From Nemertoderma westbladi (lineage: Eukaryota; Animalia; Xenacoelomorpha), in NCBI GenBank assembly GCA_032718475.1, contig JAUCBJ010007209.1:1-64000 (forward strand): a stretch of 64,000 nt of DNA, read 5' to 3'. This document shows, in pieces, positions 22,908 to 35,828 of the stretch (position 1 is its first letter; each line of letters opens with the position of its first letter). The notes under the pieces are model-generated. The model ran no database searches. It was not told where the DNA came from and was given only the letters and a program-made list of their open reading frames with translations. The translations under genes were made by a program, and so were the position numbers.

Positions 22908-23749
22908 GATTTATTTTACAGTTGAATGCCTACTACTATAACGACAGTTAAAGCAAGTCTAGAAGAATCAGTATCAACTGTAAACCTAGTAGTTAGTTAC
23001 CGATACTGTTACTCAGTGTAACGTGATATATAATATATTAAAATACCAGTATACTCTTACAGTATATATAAGTATTATTTACAGACTAGGATCAGTTACA
23101 GAATACCGGTATATAAGTTCAGTTATATATATCATATATATATCAGTTATAAGTTATAATATGCTTACCGTAAATACCAGTAATGTCAATTATTTAAGGG
23201 GGGGGGGGGGGGGGGGGGGGGGTAGCGCATTTTCTGACCTAAAAGTCGAATTTTTGAAACATATCAAATCTGATGCAGAATTTCATGCTGAATCTAAATA
23301 TGGAAACCGTTTTCCCATATCTTGCTTAGTTTTCGAGATATCTGGGATAGAAGATACTGGCTCCAATATATCGCGATATCGGTAAAGGCGATGAAGTTTG
23401 GGGTTTGCATTCAATTTCTGCATATTTCTGTGCTCAGTGGTGCTAATTGGATGTCTCCACGAGAAAGAGCACAAAATTTTAATTGAGAAGGTATTTTTTT
23501 ATGATTATTGGACCTACTGATCAGTTTATAATACAGCTTCAAGTCTCCGGAATGAAGACCGGACTCGAATAAGCGACTCTGCGGCCTTTGCGGGATTACA
23601 CCGAATAGACTTATCGGTCATCGGAGATTTTCAAAATGTATAATCTCCAGTTCTAGTGGTCGTACGGAGTTCGTTTTGGGCTCATTCGAAAGCTCTTTTC
23701 TCAGATACCAAAGTTCTCGTCTAAGCCTTCTTTTAAGACCTTCGTCTAA

Positions 23750-25165
23750 ATTTTTTGTTCAATCGAAAAACATAACAATATAACATTTTCATTTGGTTCT
23801 ACAACAATGCAATCCGTAATTCAGCCGAACTTACTTAAAATCCCATATCTCTGATTATTGATATTAGAAATGATTCTCATTGATCTGCATCTTAAATATG
23901 TTACCAAATAATATTTTTAATAAGTATCATAGTATACTTTATCACTAGATATACAATAATCGAGTCTTGATAAAAATTTATAGAACTATTATTATTGGAT
24001 AAAAAAAAGTAAGCGGAAAACACCGCCTTTTTTTCACTCATTTTCAATTTAGCGAAATTCAACTATTCTTCTGTCCGAGTGGTTAAGTTTTAAAAGAGTT
24101 GGCAGGTTTGTAGCACGAGCAAAGCGAGTGTTAAAAAGCCAACGAGTGGAAAACTCAACACACGGGGGCAGAATACTGTATCTTAATTTCTCTAAAGAAA
24201 ATGAGTGGAAAATAGTGATTTCCGTTACGTTTTTATATCGAATATATGGTTTTATTTGAAAAAAAATCTCACGAGCGTTATCAATGTCTACGACGTATAA
24301 TAATAATAATATTAAATTTTAATTGTGAAGATTAATTAAATTAATTAAATAATTTAATTTAGAAGATTGCGTGAGCTAGCTGTACAGTAAGCTGCTACCC
24401 GACAAGCCTTTTGGTCTGCATTATATTATCATTTATGTACCAGGAACTTACTCAATTATATGAAAGTATGTATCAATTTGATTAAATTGTGTAGTACATA
24501 GTTCATTAAATTAAAAAAAAATAGTTAAAAATTTGTTAAAAAAAGTAAAAATTAGTTTAAAAAAGTTCAAATTTAGTTAAAATTAGTTAAAAAAAGTTAA
24601 AAATTAGTTAAAAAAAGTAAAAAAATAGATTATAAAAAAATACTTTTTTTAACTAATTTTCTGGAAATTAGTTAAAAAAAGTTAGATTAATTAACTCAAT
24701 TTTAAAAATATTAGTGAGAAAAGCCTTTTTCAAATAAAATAATGTTATTTGAGGCGCGAGCCACAATGTTGGCGAACTTATACTGTTAGGGGGTATGTCA
24801 TTAACTGGAAATAGTTTGTTGCCGTTTTCGCGTTGTTAGATTTTGACATGCTAAAACTTGTCGAATTTAAAACTGCAGAGTTGAGAATTTACGGCTTCAA
24901 CAGGACCAAGAGATGGTATTTTTGACTGACTTTTAGACACCATATTTCTAATAGACTCCCGCTAGAGGGGTACAAGACAAGTACAAGACTAAACAAGGTG
25001 AAACTATTATAATCAATAATAATGTAATATCATTATTTAAATTATTAAATTAAATTATTATTATTATTAAATGAATTAGTATTAAATTAAATTAAATCAT
25101 TAAATTGTCAAATTTGGGTGGGGGGGGGGTGGGTGGGTGAGAGGCACTGAATTATGACACAACAT
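23750..25165. repeat. Copy C of the triplicated segment
   Basis: Aligns with ~8475-9833 and continues past the G-run as copy A does. Confidence 0.9.
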
Positions 25166-27205
25166 TTTATCATAACCACAACATAATATCAGCTATTTCC
25201 CAACCAAATTCAAATGTTTTTACATTTTTGGAATCATAATCATTTTAATGGGTTTTACTTTTCAACGGATGCCGTACGTATCCACGTATGTGCGTACGTA
25301 TCCACGTATCTATATTACATTGAGCGATTTCACATACCCGTATGAATACGCGTAGGTGAATACTGTTTCCTGATTGGTCCAGATAATTATTGTCAAGTCA
25401 ACGGAGTCTCTGTCAGTCTGTACAGTATCTGTTGGCCTATTATTACAGTACCATGGTGTTTTGCCTTATGTATGGTACAGCATTAGTCTGTCAGGTAGTA
25501 CAATTATTACTGTAGTCAGGTAGTATGTCAGTGTCAGTCGGTGTGTTATTTTTTGCATTGAGATAGTGAATTTTATTTTCAGTGAGTGCCGTTCAGCCGT
25601 TTTATTTCTTCCATGGTCTTCGGTCAGTGAGTTGCATTGTGTTACATTTGTTACATTGTGTTACATTGTGTTACCATTATTAAGGGACTGAGGGAAGCCC
25701 TATTGTGTTGTACTGTATATACGCTCACTGAGATACCAGCAGCCGTCGAGTCAGACATCAATAGAATCAACTCACCTTAAATTTACTACAGGATGTGTCT
25801 CCTTGTCTGTGTCACTAATGAACTGCATGCATACGCCCCATGTTAAATAAATACATATTCTGGAAGGAATATTTACGACATTGGCTGCCGCTCCCATTGA
25901 GCTACTAAGGGCCGTCCTACTTTGTTTCATTATTAAATTGAATTATTAAATTAAATATATATTTTTTCTGGAATGAATATTTATGACATGGGCTAGATAT
26001 AAATAACGGTAGTTAATAGATTGTGTTCCAAGCCCTAGGTGATTACGCCATTCCGAAAGAGGCGACTATTAGGACTGTTTATACAGTATCATTGAAAGAG
26101 AGTGGAAGAAACTAGTAACAGAAGGCAATAATTCGGTGAAGATGTTGAGTTGATGTGAGTATCCATATCAGGCCCGTATGGTGACCATAATATCTGGGGG
26201 GGGGGCGGAGCGGCAGACGCCATAATCTGGGGGGGGGGGGGGGGCATACAGCAAAGATAGTTGAGAGTTAATTTAGTTCATAAAGTAAAATCAATATTGT
26301 TGAAGTGTGTGGGGCGAGCCACGAAGTTGGCGGAGCCTTGGCGAGCTAACACTCTGTTAAGTGAGTGGGTCAATAATAGTTGTTGTCGTTACGATTTTGA
26401 CATGCCAATAAATTTGTCGGATTTAATTACAGTAAAGCTGTCGAGTTGACAATTTGTAGGCATAAATATGTCCAAAAGTTAAGGTTGAAGTTACAAAAAA
26501 TAATATTTAGATATAGATACCAGAGCAACAACCATCATCGCCTAGCCTATTAGCTGCAAGCTGGCTACAAACAATGGGTCAACAACGAACAACCCGCCCC
26601 AGTAGCCAATGAGAGAACCTAGATTATAATATTTAGCTGCAGTATGATAGGCCTAGAGTAGTGTAATTGAATCGCTATCAAAATCTATAAATATATGCGG
26701 TCTGCCAACAAGTTTTCCAGCCCTGAGTGTAGCAACATGTAATTCGGCACAGGCTGCTTTGGCAATGCCAGTGCCATTAAAATTGGACCAAAAGGAATGG
26801 TGGGGAGTCAGGTCAGTGGGTAGAAGTAGTAGGCTATGTGAATCTAATAATATTGATTACCAACAACCATGACTGTAATAAGACGACGTGTTATTAATAA
26901 GACAAAAGAACAAGACATGACGGGGGGGGGTGGGTCTTGTCTGGGGGGCAATGCCCCAAAAGCCCCCCCCCCCCCCCCCCCCGCACGGTACGGTCCTCAT
27001 CCATATACAGTACAATATATCGTCTGGTAATAACATTTTTCGTGTGTTCAATAAAACAGCAAAACGGGTTTCAACACATATATTACATACAGTACAGTAT
27101 TAAAAGCTTGGCTCCGGCTTATTTTTCGCCCCCCACTGGCCTGTGCGCGCCCGGGTCGACTCCCCCCCCCCCCCCACGCCACTGCCACTGGTGATTAGTA
27201 TATAA

Positions 27206-28222
27206 TACGTACTAAAAGTTACAGTAGAACGATCTATAACGGGCTATAACGATAACTGGATAACGGGCTATAACTTCCTATAAACAAGCTATAACCACAT
27301 ATAACGCGAGCTATAATATGAAAATTTACATTAAAAACGCTCCTTTGGGTGTGTTTAATTTTTGGATTAACAGGGTGGTCTGAAAAATACCGCAGGTTAA
27401 AAATTAGGGTAGGCCTATCTGCCTATGCCTAATTGATACTGGTAAGTTTTTTTTATTGGCCTATATTGCTGTATTGCTCACTATCAGACTACTGGACTAT
27501 ATTCCTGTATTCTATATCGACCCGAAGCTGACAGCGGATAGCACAATGGAGGATAGACAGCTAGATGGGAGACCTGTCCACTGCTACACTGTCTGATAGT
27601 CAGATAATGTAGTAGGGGCATGCTGATTAATGCAGTAACAGAGTAATGACTGATTTCGTAATACACCACGAAGATGAAAATCATTATGGCAGTCGGAACA
27701 TCATAAATATTGCTACCGGTATATCTATAACTTAATTTTTTAGTGTTTTCCATAGGCCTATTTCGAATTGCTGTTATATTTTTTTAATTACGTAGGTAGG
27801 TACTGTACTAGGCCTATGGTCTACCATATTTTATTTAGTTGCATGTTAAACTGCACGTGATTCCTGTTTAATTCCGTTTAATTTAAAGGGACCTCCATGG
27901 AAACGAGGTATAACCTCATGGGGCTATCCCTAACATTGTACTGACTGACTGACTATAATTTAATATTATGTTGGTTGCATTATTTTTAATATAAATTAAT
28001 ATAAATTTAAATTTCTCCATATACCGGTTTTTAATATGCTGTTTATGTTATTGTTATGTACGGTACGATGTTAATAAAAAATTTCAACTTCTACCGGTAC
28101 TACATATGACATAATTACTAAATTAGGCCTACCGGTACTAGCCTGCTAGCTATAGCCCGTTAGATCGTTATAGCCCGTTATATGTTATAGATCGTATAGA
28201 TCGTTCTACCTTTTACTACGTA
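27206..28222. mobile_element. MITE-like element with imperfect TIRs and subterminal ATAACGGGCT/ATAACGATCT repeats
   Basis: Left TACGTACTAAAAG..TAGAACGATCTATAAC matches the reverse complement of the right end, TACGTAGTAAAAGGTAGAACGATCTATAC. Confidence 0.65.
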
Positions 28223-28527
28223 CCGATCAGAGGCCTACTCTACAGCTCTAGGCCTTACTCCTGTACTCTGACTGTCGGATGTAAATTTAAATTTATGAAT
28301 TTCTGCCCAACAGCATCTGATATGATATTCAATTATTTATCAATTATTCAATTAATTATACTGTCAGTAGCTGACTGTATTGTACTGGCACTGCAGGCAC
28401 TGGCATAGCGCAGCGGCATGCCTATCTGCCTATCTGTTATGTTAGCCCTATATCATTATTAGTTGTATCATTATTTAGGCCTATTCCAGTATTTTTCAGC
28501 ATATTATGACTGTATGAGAAACGTCGC

Positions 28528-29568
28528 ATGACAATACCCGCAAACAACAAACCCAACCCCAAGTCACCCTCACCCTTAGCAGTTACAGTATCCCCACAAA
28601 GGAAAATGCCAAACATAAAAGTGTTCTCAGGGTCCTCCCATCCAGACTTTGCAAGTGATGTTGCTGCACGTCTCGGCACCAGTCTTGGCAAAGTCGTCAC
28701 CAAAAAATTCAGCAACAACGAAACCTGCGTAGAAATAGGCGAGAGCGTGAGAGGTGAGGACGTCTACATCGTACAAACTGGTTCGGGTGATATTAACGAC
28801 AATCTTATGGAGTTGCTCATAATGATTAACGCGTGTAAGAACGCGTCTGCGGCGAGAGTGACCGCAGTTATGCCGTGTTTCCCATACGCTCGGCAGGACA
28901 AAAAAGACCGAAGTCGCGCGCCAATAACCGCTAAACTCGTGGCCAATATGCTCACGATAGCTGGGGCAGATCACATCATAACCATGGACCTACACGCATC
29001 GCAGATACAGGGATTCTTCGATATTCCTGTCGACAACCTTTACGCAGAACCGGCAGTCCTCCGATGGATCAGAGAGAATGTCCAAGAGTGGCAGAACTCT
29101 GTGATAGTGAGTCCGGACGCTGGAGGCGCTAAAAGGGTCACCTCTATAGCGGATCGTCTCAAGGTTGATTTTGCTATCATCCATAAGGAACGGAAGAAAG
29201 CGAACGAGATAGATCGGATGGTTCTTGTTGGTGATGTTAAGAATCGAGTTGCTATTCTTGTTGACGACATGGCCGACACCTGTGGGACGGCTTGTAAAGC
29301 AGCCGAGAAGCTGTCCGAGGCTGGTGCCGCCAAAGTGTACATGATCTGCACTCACGGGGTCTTCTCGGGACCAGCCGTGTCCAGGATATACAGTTCTATG
29401 TTTGAGCGGTTCGTGGTGACCAACACCATCCCCCAGGACGAGGCCATCAAAGAATGTCCCCATAAGATGGGAATCATTGATATCTCAATGATATTCGCGG
29501 AAGCGATCAGGCGTACTCACAACGGGGAGAGCGTCAGCTATTTGTTTACCTATGTTCCCTTATCGTAA
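28528..29568 (+). CDS. PRPS1: Ribose-phosphate pyrophosphokinase (class I PRPP synthetase), copy a, intronless CDS
   Basis: Motifs [51 protein letters not shown] and [16 protein letters not shown]. Confidence 0.97.
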   Translation: MTIPANNKPNPKSPSPLAVTVSPQRKMPNIKVFSGSSHPDFASDVAARLGTSLGKVVTKKFSNNETCVEIGESVRGEDVYIVQTGSGDINDNLMELLIMINACKNASAARVTAVMPCFPYARQDKKDRSRAPITAKLVANMLTIAGADHIITMDLHASQIQGFFDIPVDNLYAEPAVLRWIRENVQEWQNSVIVSPDAGGAKRVTSIADRLKVDFAIIHKERKKANEIDRMVLVGDVKNRVAILVDDMADTCGTACKAAEKLSEAGAAKVYMICTHGVFSGPAVSRIYSSMFERFVVTNTIPQDEAIKECPHKMGIIDISMIFAEAIRRTHNGESVSYLFTYVPLS

Positions 29569-31079
29569 ATAAGAACTATACTTTTTGTATTAGTTAAATT
29601 AATTAAATATATATTGAGCAGTTGTTGGTGGTTGTATAGCGTCGCTTCTACGAAATTAAATTAAATTTAATAATGTTATCCAAATTATATCTATTGCACA
29701 TGATTTTTCAATTTTCAGATTATAAATTTTCCGATTCCGAATAATAAATGATAATTATGAATGTTTTATTGTTTTGGTAATGTTGTAAAAGGCGGAGGGG
29801 GGGGGGGGGGGGGGGGGGTTGACACAAATCATATCTTGGCGAATTAATATATCCTATCAATGTTGAATTATCAATTCAACATTGATATAATATTGAATTA
29901 AGAGATCAAGTAAGGTACAGTGGCATGTTCTTGCCACTGCTATTGATTGATTGATATTGACATTGAAATCAATAAACGAAGGTCAACAGGTCTGGTTGAT
30001 TATAGTTTTATTTTTTAAGAGTAATCAGTTGTTATTTGCGCCAATTTTACCCTGGAGAGGGATGAATTTTGACTCCGCCAAGAGACCACCCCCCCCCTCC
30101 CCCTCCCCCCATTATCAAACTCTACGTTTTCTAAACCATTATCCCCATATACCATCTAGAATATAGTTATAGTGTCTTCATTTTGCATAAACGAAGCCAC
30201 ATTTTTATACCAATCTTGTTTTTGTTACCAATCTATAGCTACAAGCATGTTGAACCGTTGGCTGAACCAGTTGAACCGCAGGTATTACACCACCTTTAAA
30301 TTGGTTTATTGGTACCGAATAAAAACGGAGCTGGCAAAGATTCAAAGTGAAGACACTACCTTATATTCCAGTAGTTTTAGTGTAAATTTATGTTAGAATT
30401 GTAATTAAATTTGGTTTATAAATTAAGATGTTACTCCAAGATTGATTGAATATTATTTCCCTGGTATAGAGGGCCTAATTAGTAAAGATCTTATTTATTT
30501 TTTAATAATAACAGTTAACTTCTTGTCATCAAAACTTATACATTTTATTCTTACCCTCCTTATTAACAGTTTTACCCTACTGAACCGCTGTTATTTTGGA
30601 TACAGCTACTGCAAATAAATCGTTTCCAATTGTGTGCTGCTGGTATTGAGCGGAATATAATAATGTAGCTGAGTTAACGTAAGCAGTACTGTAGCAAAAG
30701 GGAGCGCCACAATACAAAATATAGGAGGATTGCCTGTAAAGTTTCCGTATTTTAAGATGCACTTTCGACTTAGTAATTTACGATTCAACTTAGGCTTTTT
30801 TATTTTGAGTAATAGTGGTAAAATATCGTCAAACTGAGCAAGCAGCATCTGTCACACACTCGTTGTGTTTGTTTGTAAAGGAAGTCAATATGCGGTGTAT
30901 AATACTTACAGGTTTGGGAACATTTACAATGATGTAGAGTACAATGCTATCTGATCGTCCACATATAATATTACAATAGACCCTATAACTATAACATGAA
31001 AACACTTTACGTGGTAATAAAATCCACTATGAGCCAACCCACAAATATATTTTGGTCAAGTCAAGTCACTCATACTTGT

Positions 31080-31381
31080 GTCAGTATTTGTGAGTCTTAA
31101 ACACTTTCCATAAGAATCGACAGGCTCCCGTTATTATGAAGATAGATTAATCTGTAACAGTGCTATTTGACTCTCGTTTATTGTTTTGGTTAGAATTGAC
31201 GGTCATTGTAACCTGTTCGATTCCCTTAACGTTAATAAAGATTGTCGGCTGTGGTTGTCGTATATGCTACCAGGGGTTATTCTATGGCCTATCAGAGTCC
31301 AGCTTGAGGGTGAGCAATGGCGCGTCGCTTTAGGCGCACCAACCGCTACTTCAACCCGTTCAAAACGCAACTCGTTCTCGA
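31080..31381 (-). pseudogene. Decayed paralogous remnant of the 3' end of ORF 35829-37611
   Basis: Reads ENELR[frameshift]LNGLK*RLVRLKR against ENELRLNSLRQRLVHLER, and LRLTNTD in both. DNA at 31081-31120 and 31330-31381 aligns with 35860-35900 and 36003-36052. Confidence 0.7.
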
Positions 31382-31452
31382 TAAAACACTATGCCAACCC
31401 TCCTGCTTGGAAGTCAATGAATGTCACCAATATACCAAATGGTTTCTTAGAT

Positions 31453-31679
31453 AAAGGTAAATTTTCTTCAGCTAGTCCAGGGATTACGCACAAAGTCCGA
31501 CGACTTATTTCCAGTTCTGTCCCCCCAGAACTATACTCCCCAGAGGAAACTCCAGTACTCATTTAGGTACCACTTAAGGATGCAAGGCAGAGAGATGCGC
31601 CCTGGCTAGTCCCTTCAAACCATTCGTGCCGAAACGAAAACTGCCTTGGCCCATGTGAGGATCGAACCCACGACCTACG
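31453..31679 (-). mobile_element. tRNA-derived SINE, family 2, copy 2
   Basis: Aligns with 3195-3422 and carries the B-box GGTTCGATCC. Confidence 0.7.
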
Positions 31680-32349
31680 AAATACCAAGAAGGCGGATAT
31701 ACAATCCTGCTGTTTATATCTGCCCATTGGCCTATATCGCTAATCTCATCACCCGATTGCCATATCCTCCAGTTCAATAGAATGTAAGAACGTTAATCTG
31801 AATGGGTGATGATACCTCATAGATTATTATTAGTTATTAATAAATATAGTCCTTTTAACAAAAATTAATGGCTGAATTCGAATTCCAACATCTGTATTAT
31901 TGTTAGGTTGTTGTAGATGTATGTACACTACATTGTAGGTTGCTAGGAAACTGGATAAACTGGTAACACTATCGTGGAGGTTACGCAAATTGGCAGATGT
32001 ACTGCTGTGTTGTTGTAGTAGATTACCAGTAAATTAGTGCAAACTTTTAAGAATAGAACCATTGTTACCAATAATAGAACATCGGCCTTCTATAACCGCT
32101 AACTTCCTTTCATTACCAATTACCACAGGGTATACCATCAACTCCTTTGGTATGGAAGAGAATAACAGATTTCGGTAGGACTAGGCCTATTCAAATTGCC
32201 CGCGGGAATCATTTAGCCATTTAATCTGTATTCCATGAAACAGTTATTACATTACTACAGTAGTGTCGACTACCTGCAACCAGAATACAGACTACCGGTA
32301 AACGATACTGCGATAGGCCAATAGCCAAATGAGCTTTTGAGAACGTCGC

Positions 32350-33414
32350 ATGACAAACCACGCAACCAACGAATCCAGCGGGCCCCCAACTACGTCACCC
32401 GCACCTTTAGCAGTACCGGTAGCAGCATCCGCCCAAACCGCACCAGTGAAGATGCCAAACATAAAACTGTTAGCAGGATCCTCCCATCGTGACTTCGCCG
32501 GTGATGTTGCCTCGCGTCTCGGCATCAACCTGGCCAAAGTCGTCACCAAAAAATTCAGCAACAACGAAACCTGCGTAGAAATAGGCGAGAGCGTGAGAGG
32601 TGAGGACGTCTACATCGTACAAACTGGTTCGGGAGATATTAACGACAATCTTATGGAGTTGCTCATCATGATTCACGCGTGTAAGAACGCGTCTGCGGCG
32701 AGAGTGACCGCAGTTATGCCGTGTTTCCCATACGCTCGGCAGGACAAAAAGGACCGAAGTCGCGCGCCAATAACCGCTAAACTCGTGGCCAATATGCTCA
32801 CGACCGCAGGTGCGGATCATATCATAACCATGGACCTACACGCATCGCAGATACAGGGATTCTTCGACATTCCTGTCGACAATCTGTTAGCAGAACCGGC
32901 AGTCATCCGATGGATCAAAGAAAACGTCCCGGAGTGGCAGAACTCTGTGATAGTGAGTCCGGACGCTGGAGGCGCTAAAAGGGTCACCTCTATAGCGGAT
33001 CGTCTCAAGGTTGATTTTGCGATCATCCATAAGGAACGGAAGAAAGCGAACGAGATAGATCGGATGGTTCTTGTTGGTGATGTTAAGAATCGAGTTGCTA
33101 TTCTTGTTGACGACATGGCCGACACCTGTGGGACGGCTTGCAAAGCAGCCGAGAAGCTGTCCGAGGCTGGTGCCGCCAAAGTGTACATGATCTGCACCCA
33201 CGGGATCTTCTCGGGACCAGCCGTGTCCAGGATATACAGTTCTATGTTTGAGCGGTTCGTGGTGACCAATACCATCCCCCAGGACGAGGCCATCAAAGAA
33301 TGTCCCCATAAGATGGGAATCATTGACATCTCAATGATATTCGCGGAAGCGATCAGGCGTACTCACAACGGGGAGAGCGTCAGCTATTTGTTTACCTATG
33401 TTCCCTTATCGTAA
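32350..33414 (+). CDS. PRPS1: Ribose-phosphate pyrophosphokinase, copy b, intronless CDS
   Basis: Same catalytic motifs as copy a. Near-identical DNA from KVVTKKF to the stop codon. Confidence 0.97.
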   Translation: MTNHATNESSGPPTTSPAPLAVPVAASAQTAPVKMPNIKLLAGSSHRDFAGDVASRLGINLAKVVTKKFSNNETCVEIGESVRGEDVYIVQTGSGDINDNLMELLIMIHACKNASAARVTAVMPCFPYARQDKKDRSRAPITAKLVANMLTTAGADHIITMDLHASQIQGFFDIPVDNLLAEPAVIRWIKENVPEWQNSVIVSPDAGGAKRVTSIADRLKVDFAIIHKERKKANEIDRMVLVGDVKNRVAILVDDMADTCGTACKAAEKLSEAGAAKVYMICTHGIFSGPAVSRIYSSMFERFVVTNTIPQDEAIKECPHKMGIIDISMIFAEAIRRTHNGESVSYLFTYVPLS

Positions 33415-33584
33415 TGTTGGTTTAATTTCATCAAAGGTTGAGTGAGTTATCAGACATTTTCCGACAGAGGGACAGACCGACCGACAGATAATCTATGCTA
33501 AGCTAAGCTCCTTACTTCGTCACTCGCCCCACACGTATCTTTCCTGTACCAGTTGTCCTGTAGTTTTCTGTCCTGTACCTGCTG

Positions 33585-33986
33585 CAGAGGCATAGCGAGG
33601 GGGGGGGGGATGTTCCCCAGGGTGCACTCACCCAGGGGCGGTGAAATGCCAGGCAAATGTCAGGGTATTCTTGTAAAAATAGTACATATCAGTAAAAAGT
33701 CAGGGATTTTGTGATACAGTATACAGGACATGTGTCATAAGCGAAAAATGTAAAAATTTTATCTGCTCGCTTTGCTCTCCATTCAATATATTATAATTGC
33801 ATATATCAAACTTGTATACATTATAATAGATTTCAGGATTTTATATAGTATATACTGTTATATATATATAATATTTAAAAAAAAACCGTCATAAATGAAA
33901 AGTTTAAATTATTGAAGGAGGGGGTGGGGGGGGGGGGCATCCCAGCTTCATTCCCCCGGGCGCCAAAAGGACTCGCTACGCCTCTG
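33585..33986. mobile_element. hAT-like MITE
   Basis: TIRs CAGAGGCATAGCGAG and CTCGCTACGCCTCTG, with a degenerate 8-bp TSD (ACCTGCTG/GCCTACTG). Related ends at ~3710 and ~4580. Confidence 0.7.
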
Positions 33987-35828
33987 GCCTACTGTGTCCT
34001 CTAGGCCTACGAGTTGCCATATATACCCGCACCAAACTCGCCAATATCAATCACAACTAATAGGCGAGTTCTCATAACTTTATGTTACCTCTTCTTAACT
34101 TTATTTACCTTATATTAAAAATATTATTTATATTTGTATTTTTAAAGTATCCCAGTCAGGGGTGAATCGTTTCTTATTATTAGTAACTCTACTTTTTGTA
34201 ATAATTACATTAATATTAAACCAGTTGGAAGGAATCACTTTAATGACATGAGAAAAAAATGTTCTCGCAATTGTTTTTATAGTCTGAATGTATGTTTTTT
34301 GTACCGAGAGCGGTTATTTAAGTATCAAATAAGTTTTCTAATCTATTATTGACAAACTTTGTTTGAAATAATTTGGTCTTTGCATAATAATAATTATATC
34401 CTTGACTCGAATAGGTTTATATTTCAATATATTTCTACTTAATAATGTAGGCCTAATAATGTTATGGTTTAAAATTTTTTTTTTGTTTATGAAAATATAT
34501 GTAACAGCATTAATTGACTGTTTGGTATTTTAATTCTTATCATCTTCCTAGTTTATTTGGAAAATCGTTTTTGACCATCAAGTCAGCGTTGTTTGGAAAC
34601 AACATATTGCAAATTGAATAATATTATATTTTCTTTTAAATGATCGAGTCCTTTCGCACTTGAGGTTGAATTATACATTGACCAGTATCCCAGTAACCAT
34701 CAAACATTCCCATATACTGAAATTTTTCACGTGGAACCATCCATATTCCCAACAAAGCCGATAAATAATTATGTATTACATGGGAAAAGAGTAGAACTTT
34801 TTTCACTATTCTCGAGGCATTTTATTTACATAGCATAGCGCCAGCGAGGTTAATAAAGTGAATAATAACGAGAGAGAATATATAATATAATAACAAGAGA
34901 ATATTGAAAAAAAAATATACATTTTTTTCCATGTAGTACTTTTTTGTCTAATACTTTTTTGTTGCTTAATTATTTAATAAAACGTACAGCGATATAGTGG
35001 TACAAAATAAATTGAACTGCAGTATTGTACTATATTGCTTCCAGTTACTGCGATTTCTATTATTGTACTCTTCAACTCCCGATGCTGCCTTACTCAATGT
35101 TAAATAATTTAGTGTTCTCGAATATTTATTATAAGTAACTAGAGAGCCGCTTAACAAAATAAACCAATATTGGATATTGAGTTCCGTTTTGGAGTTCGCC
35201 ACGCAGACACTAAAGTTGCAATAACTTTTGAGTGAGTGAATGGATTTTACTCCAATTAAGATCAAACATTTCCTACGTCGTTGCTCTTTCAACACATTTA
35301 ATAAAATTTAAGAAATTGCGCAAAAAATATTTTATTTTACTTTTTGCCGGGAAAAAAGTACAATCAACACTTGACCGCAAGTGAAATAATGTATAGTTTA
35401 TTGTTTTGGTTAGAAAACACCGCCACTGTAACCTGTTCCTTTCCCTTAATGTTTTTAATTAAATTAAACCAATTTTTAAAACCCACTAAAATTTATTTTG
35501 GGTTCGCGGTCATTTCGCGCCATTGACTCCTCTACTTGAACAAAAAAGTGACAATTTAAGAATAAAAAATATACCGGCCGGCTTATTCTAACTAAGATAT
35601 TTCGAAAATCGAAGGATTTGTACATTTCAGCATGAAATTCGGCCTATAGGGGGCTTATCGAAACCCCCCCCCCCCCCCCCCCCCCTAATTAAGCCTATAT
35701 TATTCATTTGACTCTGAACTAGAAGCCTAATGTGGTTTGAATTCAATTTTATTGAATGAGCTCGCCAAAGGAGGCGGGAGGATAAAGAAATGCAACCGGA
35801 AATATAATCCTTCCTATTATAGAGACAA

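Larger units (their letters stand above)
9834..23745 (-). mobile_element. BEL/Pao LTR retrotransposon, decayed, 5' LTR missing; right boundary uncertain (23000-23745)
   Basis: On the minus strand the order is gag (three zinc knuckles), protease, RT, RNase H, integrase, then spacer, accessory ORF, PPT and 3' LTR. Confidence 0.92.

Noticed and set aside
23198-23745. 5' LTR or PBS of the BEL element
   Set aside because: It shows no similarity to 9834-10987 and no clear tRNA-complementary PBS. It could be 5' UTR or an unrelated repeat.
28437-33329. Minus-strand ORFs overlapping PRPS, and plus-strand ORFs overlapping gag-pol, the acidic ORF and SLC6
   Set aside because: These are antisense shadows of real coding sequence with no recognisable motifs.
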